A DNA stretch of 64,000 nucleotides, taken from Ylistrum balloti. Lineage: Eukaryota. Where the stretch lies: NCBI RefSeq assembly GCF_031769215.1, contig NW_026782468.1, positions 62,001 to 126,000 on the forward strand, in the 5' to 3' direction. This document shows positions 52,501-64,000 of the stretch, piece by piece. The notes below the pieces were generated by a model. It ran no database searches. It had not been told where the DNA came from and saw only the letters and a list, made by a program, of their open reading frames with translations. The position numbers and the translations under genes are program-made. The stretch's first letter is position 1, and each line of letters opens with the position of its first letter.

Positions 52501-55500
52501 AGTTTACTCTCAATAACATACTTCTCTGATGGAACTGTTATTTTCGGGTGTTGGAATTTTGGGGACTTAATAAATATAGAGAAGTGGACATAGTTCAAAG
52601 TAAGGTCTGTAGATATTTCCTTGGAGCTGCTGAAAATGGAAGCAATACTGCTCTCCGTGGTAATATGGGGTGGTATTCGTGTGAAGTTAGTCCGAGTTTT
52701 TTTTTATTGTTTTATTGTTATTATTATTTTTACGTAATGAGAATTGTGAATAGAATACTGCAGTCAGTTCATAAGTTGTCACGTATCTTAGAAAGCCCTG
52801 GAACTTTAGTGTTGTTGGTGTCTTCAAAGATAAAAAGATTAAATGGTGTAGTTACTCCAAATATAGCACCCTATCAATGTATAACGGAAAATCAAAAACG
52901 TGATGTTAATAATATATATGGTAAAACGATTTTCGAATTCCAGTCTTTGAAAAAGCCAGTATGTTACGCAATGAATTTGACACTTTAAGTAATAAAGATA
53001 TTTTTTGTGTATTTTACAAACTGAAGATATTTAATATCTTTTATCAAAATCAATTTATCTCATGATGAGGCGTAGACGTTCTTTTTTAAAATGTAATTTT
53101 AACTGATATATGTATAACGTAAAATACGTCTTTTATTTTGATAACCATGGACTTTTAAAAGTGTCTCGAATCCGGCTGGACATCATTATGTGTCGCAATA
53201 TTTTAATGCGCTTTATTGTAAACTATTATGTGTGACACTGCAATAAAACATTATTGTATTGCATTGTATTGTGTTGTATTGTATCGTATTGTATTATATT
53301 GTATTGTATCATATTGTATTGTATCGTATCGTTTTGTATTGTATGGTATTGTATTATATCGCTTTGTATTGTATTGTATTGTATCGTATTGTATTGAATC
53401 GTATCGTTTTGTATTGTATTGTTTTGTATTGTATTGTATCGTTTTGTTTTGTATTTTATTGGTAACAAATTACGTACATACAGAGTATATTTAAGTTTGA
53501 GCAAGCCGCCAATAATTATGTTAAATGTGTTCACGCTAAATTTCTGCGAAAAACAATTTAGATGTGGTTCCTTACGTCTTGAAATCAAAACGGGTAGGGA
53601 TGTCCAATCAGTGATTCTTGTTTACAATATATCATGTAGGTAATTAAGGTAATTATGTAGCGCTTGGATGGAAAATGATATTATGAAGTTCTTCGATCTA
53701 TAATATATAAAGTAAATAATTTGTGTGAATATTTTAATTGATATGGACAAGTTGGGGTCGGATTATTTCCATTATTATAAGGTTATCATGAATCAAATGT
53801 TTATTAAATGTGTAAGCATTTTGTCTGTCTCGTTGAACTACCAATTATCAAACAAGCATTTTTTAAAAACATATATCTTGATACAACTACTAGTAATTTT
53901 TCTCAACATTTTGATTAATAAGTTAAACATTATTATTACTGATCATAATACCGATTTATACGCTTATCAAAATGGCTGAAAACGTTATTAATTCGATTTT
54001 TCTTGTAGTACTGATAACATAATTAATGGGTAATGTACAGATCTACTTATACTAGTGGCAACATAATTAATGGGTAATGTATCGAGCTACTTATACTAGT
54101 GGCAACATGATTAATGGGTATGAACCGAGCTACTTATACTAGTGATAACATAATTAATATGTAATGTATTGACATACTTATACTAGTGGTAACATAATTA
54201 ATTGGTAATGTATTGACATACTTATACTAGTGATAACATAATTAATATGTAATGTACAGATCTACTTATACTAGTGATAATATAATCAATTGGTAATGCA
54301 CCGAGCTACTTATACTAGTGATAATATAATTAATTTGTAATGTATTGACATACTTATACTAGTGATAACATAATTAATATGTAATGTACAGATCTACTTA
54401 TACTAGTGATAACATAATTAATGGGTAATGTACCGAGCTACTTATACTAGTAATAACATAATTACTGGGTAATGTACCGAGCTACTTATACTAGTGATAA
54501 CATAATTACTGGGTAATGTACCGAGCTACTTATACTAGTGATAACATAATTAATGGGTAATGTACCGAGCTACTTATACTAGTGATAACATAATTACTGG
54601 GTAATGTACCGAGCTACTTATACTAGTGATAACATAATTAATGGGTAATGTATTGACATACTTATACTAGTGATAACATAATTAATATGTAATGTATTGA
54701 CATACTTATACTAATGATAACATAATTTATGTTTAATGTATTGACCTACTTATACTAGTGATAACATAATTAATATGTAATGTACAGATCTACTTATACT
54801 AGTGATAACATAATTAATATGTAATGTATTGACATACTTATACTGGTGATAACATAATTAATGGGTAATGTATTGACATACTTATACTAGTGGCAACATA
54901 ATTAATATGTAATGTATTGACATACTTATACTAGTGGTAACATAATTAATAGGTAATGTATTGACATACTTATACTAGTGGCAACATAATTAATTGGTAA
55001 TGTATTGACATACTTATACTAGTGGTAACATAATAACATAATTACTGGGTAATGTATTGACATACTTATACTAGTGATAACATAATTACTGGGTAATGTA
55101 CCGAGCTACTTCTACTAGTGATAACATAATTAATGGGTAATGTATTGACATACTTATACTAGTGATAACATAATTACTGGGTAATGTATTGACATACTTA
55201 TACTAGTGATAACATAATTAATGGGTAATGTATCGAGCTACTTATACTAGTGGCAACATAATTAATATGTAATGTACAGATCTACTTATACTAGTGATAA
55301 CATAATTAATGGGTAATGTACCGAGCTACTTATACTAGTGATAACATAATTAATATGTAATGTACAGATCTACTTATACTAGTGATAACATAATTAATAT
55401 GTAATGTACAGATCTACTTTATACTAGTGATAACATAATTAATATATAATGTATATGTAATGTATTTATACTAGTGATGATAACATAATTAATGTGTAAT

Positions 55501-56710
55501 GTATTGACATACTTATACTAGTGATAACATAATTAATATGTAATGTAACATAATTAATATGTAATCCAGTAACATAATTAATGGAGTATGTACATATACT
55601 TGATTATACTAGTGATAACATAATTAATATGTAATGTATTGACATACTTATAGATAACATAATTAATGGGTAATGTATTGACTACTTATACTAGTGATAA
55701 CATAATTAATATGTAATGTACATGTATTCTACTTATACTAGTGATAACATAATTAATTGTAATGGTAATGTATATGTAATGTACAGATCTACTTATACTA
55801 GTGATAACATAATTAATGGGTAATGTATGGGTACTTATACTAGTGGCAACATAATTAATATGTAATGTACAGATCTACTTATTGACATACTTATACTAGT
55901 GATAACATAATTACTTATACTGGGTAATGTATGTACTAGTGGCAAGCTATGTAATGTACAGATCTACTTATACTAGTGATAACATAATTAATATGTAATG
56001 TACAGATCTACTTATACTAGTGATAACATAATTAATATGTAATGTATTGACATACTTATACTAGTGATAACATAATTAACTGTATACTTACTTATACTAG
56101 GTAATGTACCGAGCATACTTATACTAGTGATAACATAATTAATGGGTAATGTATCGAGCTACTTATACTAGTGATAACATAATTACTGGGTAATGTATTG
56201 ACATACTTATACTAGTGATAACATAATTACTAGGTAATGTACCGACCTACTTACACTAGTGATAACATAATTAATTGGTATTGTATCGACCTACTTATAC
56301 TAGTGATAACATAATTACTGGGTAATGTACCGAGCTACTTATACTAGTGATAACATAATTAATGAGTAATGTACCGATGCTGTTGGCCAATCTTCCCTGA
56401 TGTCGGACACGAAGTAACAGGAGCCATCAAACGTTTCCCAGCCGTTTGGACACCCAAGGGTTACTGACAATTAAAATCATGTGATCAAATTTTCAATTTT
56501 CTCATTTAGACGTCGCTTATCAGAATTTCGTTATCAAAACATGATTATAGATGAAGAAATTTGAGAAAATATCATATTGCTTGTTTCGATTAAAAGATAC
56601 TTATATATGTAACTTTGGCTTCAAACAACCTGATAAGAAATACAGAGTGAAATAACAACTTTACCTTGCACAACGAGTGTTGCACAAACAAGCCACAACA
56701 CAGAAACCAT
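49599..56710 (-). CDS. C-type lectin gene D3 (EPN/WDD), the only complete D copy
   Basis: Exons 56665-56710, 56375-56463, 51541-51631, 50159-50396 and 49599-49629; phases 1,0,1,2. Protein [33 protein letters not shown]...YWLGGAD...EPN...WDDRPC...FICEIGDSSGAIVIG*. Confidence 0.88.
52548..52690 (+). mobile_element. LINE RT C-terminal relic in D3 intron 2
   Basis: WG...DIVQSKVCRYFLG...ALRGNMGW resembles the LINE motif WG...VQ..A.RYFLG...A..GDMGW. Confidence 0.55.
53243..53460. repeat. Degenerate (TATTG)n microsatellite
   Basis: Direct reading. Confidence 0.95.
54006..56377. repeat. 44-bp minisatellite (about 54 copies) abutting the D3 exon-2 donor
   Basis: Unit tacttatactagtgataacataattaatgggtaatgtaccgagc with variants gtaccgagct, gtattgacat and gtacagatct; scrambled around 55400-56100. 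Confidence 0.93.
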
Positions 56711-56884
56711 TATCGATGTTGACCTATGTAACAACTAGATTGCAAAAAATCTTATCTCACAGGGACTTGGCACGTATTCTCGACCTTTGGTCAGTATAAT
56801 GTGTGCCATATAACACTTGCGGACCAGGCATGGGACGTTTACGCAGGGTCCCTAAGACTTATCTAACAGGATCGGGTTGATAAG

Positions 56885-57742
56885 CAGTTCTCCAGTCTAG
56901 AGTATACTTCTAGTTGTTCTCGAGTCTAGAGTATACTTCTTGTTGTTTTCCAGTCTATAGTATACTTCAAGTTGTTCTCGAGTCTAGAGTATATTTCTAG
57001 TTGTTCTCCAGTCTATAGTATATTTCTAGTTGTTCAATGTCTATAGTATATTTCTAGTTGTTTTCCAGTCTAGAGTAAACTTCCAGTTGTTCTCCAGTCT
57101 AGAGAATATATCTAGTTGTTCTCCAGTCTAGAGTATATTTCTAGTTGTTCTCCAGTCTATAGTATACTTCTAGTTGTTCTCCAGTCTAGAGTATACTTCT
57201 AGTTGTTCTCCAGTCTAGAGTATACTTCTAGTTGTTCAATGTCTATAGTATACTTCTAGTTGTTCTCCAGTCTAGAGTATACTTCTAGTTGTTCTCCAGT
57301 CTAGAGAATATATCTAGTTGTTCTCCAGTCTAGAGTATACTTCTAGTTGTTCTCCAGTCTAGAGTATACTTCTAGTTGTTCAATGTCTAGAGTATACTTC
57401 TAGTTGTTCTCCAGTCTAGAGTATACTTCCAGTTGTTCTCCAGTCTAGAGTATACTTCTAGTTGTTTTCCAGTCTATAGTATATTTCTAGTTGTTCAATG
57501 TCTATAGTATACTTATAGTTGTTCTTCAGTCTAGAGTATACTTTAGTTGTTCAATGTCTAGAGTATACTGTTAGTTGTTCTCCAGTCTAGAGTATATTTC
57601 TAGTTGTTCAATGTCTATAGTATACTTCTAGTGTTCTCCAGTCTATAGTATACTTCTAGTTGTTCAATGTCTATAGTATACTTCTAGTTGTTCAATGTCT
57701 ATAGTATACTTCTAGTTGTTCTCCAGTCTATAGTATATTTCG
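56885..57742. repeat. 29-bp minisatellite (about 29 copies) upstream of D3
   Basis: Unit ctccagtctagagtatacttctagttgtt. Confidence 0.92.
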
Positions 57743-59462
57743 CATCAGATTTCCCTTTAGCGTGTAAACTTGATTAGAACGGAATTGATTCATTAACCAT
57801 GACACTAATATTGACTGAAGTGTTTACAACCAAGTTGTATGTGTCTTTCAGATGTTACATCTAAGGATGGTTATACTTTCATCTGCTGTCTCTTACCAAA
57901 TGTGTTTTTATTTAAGAAAAGTTGAGACATCAAAAGCAATATTTATGGATTTTAACTGAAAACGATAACCAACAAATTCTTTATTTCATCTTTTCATATT
58001 CCATATGTTATGAAAATGTTGTTTATCTGATAATAAAACATAAATAGCCTACTATTGAGGACCACATTAGTTGGATGACTTCCATGATAACTCTGTTCTA
58101 TAACACGAGTACTCGACTACCCCTCTTCCTGTCAGTTTTTTTTAATAAATTAATTACAGATGATGCCATTTGTTTTATGTCTTGATGACAATCATTGATG
58201 AGACATAATTTTCAGTCGTCAGCCTATCCTGAGTCACGTTGGGTATTAATGATATCACAGTCTGAAGGCTTGTCTAATGCCCAATTTTACAACAAATGGC
58301 TGTGTTCCTGGTTGGTATACATGAAACATTACATTAACAGTTGTTCCTGGTTTAAATACACAAAATATTACGTTAAACGTTACTCCAGATGGTATACACA
58401 AAATAAGTTATCAAGATAATACACTTAGGAATCCATTTAGAAAATTACATTACAAATTTTATAGTAACAATTATACGAACTGTTAAATATATAATCGTAA
58501 CCAATCGTATTCAGAGTAATGTTCAATTAACAACATATACTACGATGTATATGTTGTATATGAGGAATATATCTAGTTGTTCTCCAGTCTATAGTATACT
58601 TCTAGTGTTCTCCAGTCTACAGTATATTTCGCATCAGATTTCCCTTTAGCGTGTAAACTTGATTAGAACGGAATTGATTCATTAACCATGACACTAATAT
58701 TGACTGAAGTGTTTACAACCAAGTTGTATGTGTCTTTCAGATGTTACATCTAAGGATGGTTATACTTTCATCTGCTGTCTCTTACTAAAAGTGTTTTTAT
58801 TTAAGAAAAGTTGAAACATCAAAAGCAATATTTATGGATTTTAACTGAAAACGATAACCAACAAATTCTTTATTTCATCTTTTCATATTCCATATGTTAT
58901 GAAAATGTTGTTTATCTTATAATAAAACATAAATAGCCTACTATTGAGGACCACATTAGTTGGATGACTTCCATGATAACTGTGTTCTGTAACACGAGTA
59001 CTCGACTACCCCTCTTCCTGTCAGTTTTTTTTAAAATAAATTAATTACAGATGATGTCATTTGTTTTATGTCTTGATGACAATCATTGATGAGACATAAT
59101 TTTCAGTCGTCAGCCTATCCTGGGTCACGTTGGGTATTAATGATATCACAGTCTGAAGGCTTGTCTAAAGCCCAATTTTACAACAAATGGCTGTGTTCCT
59201 GGTTGGTATACATGAAATATTACATTAACAGTTGTTCCTGGTTGAAATACACAAAATATTACGTTAAACAATACTCCAGATGGTATACACATAATAAGTT
59301 ATCAAGATAATAAACTAAGGAATCCATTTGGAAAAGTCTTGCACCATCACAAATTTTATAGTAACAATTCTACGAACTGTTAAATATATAATCATAACCA
59401 ATCATATTCAGAGTAGTGTTCAATTCACAACATATACTACGATGTATATGGTGTACGTGAGG
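57685..59462. repeat. About 890-bp direct tandem duplication (57685-58565 / 58572-59462)
   Basis: cgcatcagatttccc at 57741 and 58630; duplicated ORFs at 58195 and 59086. Confidence 0.92.
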
Positions 59463-59670
59463 GCGTCTTCCACAGGCACCTGTGGTTGATATCTCGGTAT
59501 GAGGGCGTCTTCCACAGGCACCTGTGGTTGATATCTCGGTATGAGGGCGTCTTCCACAGGCACCTGTGGTTGATATCTCGGTATGAGGGCGTCTTCCACA
59601 GGCACCTGTGGTTGATATCTTGGTGTGAGGGTATCTTCCACAGGCACCTGTGGTTGATATCTCGGTATGA
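59458..59670. repeat. 42-bp GC-rich tandem repeat, 5 copies, with an internal 7-bp hairpin
   Basis: gagggcgtcttccacaggcacctgtggttgatatctcggtat; ccacagg-ca-cctgtgg inverted repeat; no spacers. Confidence 0.93.
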
Positions 59671-62428
59671 GTTATGTAAAACATTCAGACATTCATTAAA
59701 CATTAGTTTAAATCATTATTTTATTCCTAGGAAATTCGTTTTTGTCATGTTTCAGGACAAAATAAGAATCAAACATATCAACGGACAAATACAGAACAGA
59801 AGTATTTTGTGGAACAAAACTTTCAGATCATAATGTTTGAGTCAAACTCTTTACAAAAAATATTACCTTGTACATACAAATTACAAGCACAAATACGCTG
59901 TTGTTCTATAACATCAATATTTTCAAAATTGGCACCATACTGTAAAATATCCATCATTTTTATCAGTTTCTAATAATCGTCTGGTTGTAGGTTCTTTTTG
60001 TCAAAGAAATAAATACTTACAAGATATCAGACAAGTTTGTGTCAGGATATAGTAATACAAATTTGTGTTAGGACAGAGTAATATACGTTTGTGCTAAGAC
60101 ACGGTTTTTCAAGTTATTATCAACACAATATTACAGAAATATTTAACCTTACCATAATATGCCATGTAATACAAATCAGTAAAAAAATCAATTTACATTA
60201 ATTAATGATAAATGCTTACTAGTAACTATTGTGCCATTATAATAGATTTCTTCTCCAAGTCTAAACTGACAAAATTTTATGTATTAATCCTACTGTAAAT
60301 CCATTTTGTTTCCTTGGATGCTCAATAGAAAATGATATAGGACTTAAGTGAAATTCTCAGTAGTAGATTTTCAGTAGAAAAACTATGTCCAATAGTATGT
60401 AGGAAGGCATCACTAAGGACAGGTAAAATGGACCTTTTCGATATCACTTTCAATTTTATTTGTGTGATCTGTCATCCATGGGGAGTCACTAAGGCAATAT
60501 ATCTTTGATCTCATCATAATGATTAAGTCGCTATTATAAAAAAACTAATAATGTATCCGAGTATATTGTTTATTTCTGACTATGTATATCCGTGTAATAT
60601 TTCAGAACTTTCATTATCCTTGACTTCCTGTCTCTGCGAAGTTATCCTTGACTGTTCTTTCCCTTAACCTGGACAAATATATCCACACTTTTCACCAGTG
60701 CGAGATTTCCTTGTCTCCGTCTAAGGTTGAGTTAATGTCAAATCAATGATGTGAAGCATTAGAACAACAAGAACACATATGTACACTTAATAACATAAGT
60801 GGGGTAAGAGAAAATATTATCATTAACCCCCTTGTTAGTGAGTTATGGAGATCCCTACTCTTTGGAAAAAATAATTTGCTGACTTAAGTTTCTCTCTCCT
60901 CCAGTTCAGATCCCCCAGTGTCACCTCCAAGGGTATGAAAGTTTCAAGTTTCTATAAGTCAACACAAACTCACTCTTATATGTTGTAGTATTGAGTGAGA
61001 TATAATTCATCACTCTCCTCAAAATACTTCATCATAGGAAAATGTAACTAAACCAGGTTTGAAATCTAGTTATCACCATATTAACCATACAAAACAATTA
61101 AGTACCAGAAAGCAGCCAATAAGAACAATTTCTACATAATCAGCATTGTTACAGGAAGAATGCTATTCATACGTGATTACCATTTTATACAAGATTTATT
61201 CATCTTTACAATCAATATCACATGAGAAAACTCACTTAGAAATCTGGACAAACAACAATAAACTACTAAGTACGAATCACAGTTACACTTTGAATTCATC
61301 TGCTTTTGATCTGCTAGACAATCAACACTTGCGAAAACCCAAAAAACAAAACAAAAACAAACAAAGAATGTGCACACTTAAAAATATTCAACATATAGTT
61401 TTCTTAATAGTATTGCCTGGATTTCTTTAGATAAAAAATAAAAATGTCATATTGATATGATCGATATGTTTTTGGCAGTTAAATTTTTTGAACTACGCTT
61501 TAAAATCCAAGGCAAGTAATGAGATATAATGTAAACAAGGGGAGATAATCTTGGCAGAATTATTTTACAGCGACACAGTCAAATAAAACATAACCTTACA
61601 GGAACACATGTACAGATATCAGTTATAACCTGTGGAAACTACAACCATAACTCATTTTTCCATTCTTTGAAATATCTAGCAATCTGAAGAAGATATTTCT
61701 GTAAGTGGAAAGTGAAAAGAAGTCAGACTGTACACATTCTGACATAAACCCATGACAGAATGAGGTTTTTGTTTTGATTAACAATCACAATGATGGGTAC
61801 CTGTACAGCCTGGGTAACAAATCACAATGATGGTCAGAATTTGCTCTATTTCCACTATTGGGCCTTGCCCCTTCCACCCCTGAAGGCTGAAACTGACTGT
61901 TCACTCAAAATTGATTCCCCTTCACCAGAGCATGCTTCTGAGAAAAGTGGGACAACATCCAGGTACTCCTATTTTTACCCTGATAAAAACCCCTTATATA
62001 CCAATATTTCTAATTAAGTGATATACTCTAACTTAAATATACCCTTCCTAATACATATATGACTTACCCTTAATAAACTCTACCCTGAATACTTTTTAAC
62101 ATTCAACTCTAAATACGCCTTGACCTCAATAAACTAAATATACCCTTCCTAATACATATATGACTTACCCTTAATAAACTCTACCCTGAATACACCCTAA
62201 CCGATATACACTCTACTCTAAACATTCTCTACTCTAAACCAATATCCTTACTCCTGATTATACCTTAAATAATAAATAGATGGAAAATGTTTCAAGAAAA
62301 CATACCATGTGCTACATTGAGATTCAGCCCTGAAACCCTCTACATAAGTATGATGTATCATATCAATAGAGTGTGGTATTAAAATGACTCACTTCAGAAT
62401 TACATCAATGAATGGTATAAAATTCTAC

Positions 62429-62895
62429 TGAATACAGAAAACACCCCTAGATACCACTGTACCAGTACATGGACTGAATACAGAAAACACCCCTAGATAC
62501 CACTGTACCAGTACATGGACTGAATACAGAAAACACCCCTAGATACCACTGTACCAGTACATGGACCGAATACAGAAAACACCCCTAGATACCACTGTAC
62601 CAGTACATGGACGGAATACAGAAAACACCCCTAGATACCACTGTACCAGTACATGGACTGAATACAGAAAACACCCCTAGATACCACTGTACCAGTACAT
62701 GGACTGAATACAGAAAACACCCCTAGATACCACTGTACCAGTACATGGACCGAATACAGAAAACACCCCTAGATACCACTGTACCAGTACATGGACTAAA
62801 TACAGAAAACACCCCTAGATACCACTGTACCAGTACATGGACTAAATACAGAAAACACCCCTAGATACCACTGTACCAGTACATGGACTAAATAC
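62429..62895. repeat. 46-bp minisatellite, 10 near-perfect copies
   Basis: Unit tgaatacagaaaacacccctagataccactgtaccagtacatggac. Confidence 0.95.
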
Positions 62896-63234
62896 AACTA
62901 AAAAGAGCCCAATCTAAGTTAAAATGTGCACAAAATATCTTTTTAACACTGGAATGGGGGATATTTTTTGACAAGTATTAGACTAATGTGTGTCCATTTT
63001 GTTAAAATAGTATTGATAGAAAACAATAGTTTATATATTTCATATCATATATACACAAATTCCTGAATGAAAAGATGTTGGTATCATATAACCAATTAAA
63101 AAAAAACAAATTTAATCAATGTTCAGTTTATATAGATTTTATGATATTTGATATTTCTCTCAAGACAATTCATTTCCTTAAAAAAATATTTGTTCCTGAA
63201 CTCATCTTTACACTGATTTGCAACAATAATAAAA

Positions 63235-64000
63235 TCATCTTTCCAGAAGAGATTTCTGTATAGAATCGTCCACAATATTCCTCATATGTTGCATTGTCTC
63301 CCTTGGATTATCACTCTTCACTATAGCACTTCCGGACACAATCATATTGGCACCAGCCTAAATAAAGAAAATATATATTCACTTTTACCATAAAAAATAT
63401 GTAAACACTGTACTATCATTAGCAAATTTTATTCTCTTTAGATCAGTTATATCAAAGGTTGGCAAAGAACTCCCTTATGCATTTTGTATCCTCTACAATG
63501 ATTTGTGGGCAGTGTTGCTACTTAACTGATATGCCCTCTACCATGTTTTGTGGGCAGTATTGTTACCTAACTGATATGTCATTTACCATGTTTTAAGGCC
63601 GATATTATTACTTAACTGATGTGTCCTCTACCATGTTTTGAGGGCAATGTTGTTATCTTCATTAAGCCTTATGTATCCCTTGTAAGTCAGGGATTAACTA
63701 TGATAAAAAAAAGTTAAGTATATTGTTACACATGGGTTGGTTGTGACTAAGCTTTGTTACCTAAATAACTGTTGCAAAGATATCAATTTATTTGGGGACA
63801 AGTGGAAGCAGTACCTAGACCGTGTAGAAAGTAACAGATGTTTCTGTCACACAGAACAATGTTTTTTTCATTATTAATATTGTGACAATAGTCTGCTAGT
63901 CTTTCTGGTATGATGACAATTTACCTCTGCACAGTGTTGAATGGTACCGGGACCAACTCCACCATCAACTTCTATATCAACATCTCTAAAATTATCTCTC
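63235..64000 (-). CDS. RPE: Ribulose-phosphate 3-epimerase, last two coding exons (gene continues beyond window)
   Basis: Exon 63925->64000 RDNFRDVDIEVDGGVGPGTIQHCAE (GT donor) plus exon 63235-63357 AGANMIVSGSAIVKSDNPRETMQHMRNIVDDSIQKSLLER*. Matches the conserved RPE motif DIEVDGGVG...CAEAGANMIVSGSA; phase-0 intron. Confidence 0.95.
63505..63655. repeat. 45-bp degenerate tandem repeat (about 3 copies) in RPE last intron
   Basis: gggcagtgttgctacttaactgatatgccctctaccatgttttgt and variants. Confidence 0.75.

Noticed and set aside
53226-53588. ORFs with (IQYNT)n and (YCIVL)n repeats
   Set aside because: Translation of the (TATTG)n microsatellite
58195-59310. Two paralogous 74-aa ORFs as a duplicated gene
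   Set aside because: Simply the two copies of the 890-bp duplication; no domain or splice support
59458-59670. CRISPR-like array (palindromic 42-bp repeats) and ORFs 59370-59833 with 14-aa repeats
   Set aside because: Repeats are contiguous with no unique spacers, there are no cas genes and the context is eukaryotic. The ORFs are open only because 42 is a multiple of 3
60600-62020. Possible extra exons between D3 and RPE (e.g. minus-strand ACSGEGESILSEQSVSAFRGGRGKAQ*)
   Set aside because: RPE already terminates at 63235; no homology recognised and no consistent exon chain

Overview
AT-rich, intron-containing eukaryotic DNA. The repeat families and lectin type suggest a bivalve mollusc (inference). 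The window is dominated by a minus-strand tandem cluster of secreted single-domain C-type lectin (perlucin-like) genes, rebuilt by hand from splice sites. Genes A (10915-12998), B (14836-18471) and D3 (49599-56710) are complete. C1, C2 and C3 are three copies of a third paralogue with an uncertain start and tail. D1 and D2 are 5'-truncated cassettes containing only exons 3-5. C and D lie in a head-to-tail triplication (units about 18546-27075, 27076-37614 and 37615-51988) whose junction falls in intron 2 of D. The units carry shared Penelope-like (inverted pLTR with hammerhead-ribozyme motif) and CR1-like relics. Unit-specific insertions are an L1/Tx1 LINE with a 13-bp TSD, a TTAA-flanked Kolobok-type MITE, and a full-length degenerate Ty3/Gypsy element with both LTRs, PBS, PPT and TSD. 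Many mini- and microsatellites are present. The last two coding exons of ribulose-phosphate 3-epimerase (RPE) close the window. Main leads: (i) replacement-dominated divergence of the sugar-binding exon of C1/C2 vs C3, exceeding that of the adjacent intron; (ii) phase-compatible orphan exon 3-5 cassettes that could be spliced into chimeric lectins; (iii) a 44-bp VNTR that amplifies the D3 exon-2 splice donor; (iv) a Gypsy RT with RIDD instead of YxDD. Caveats: all counts are manual, no database search was run, three N-gaps are present, and units 1 and 2 are similar enough to be uncollapsed haplotypes.
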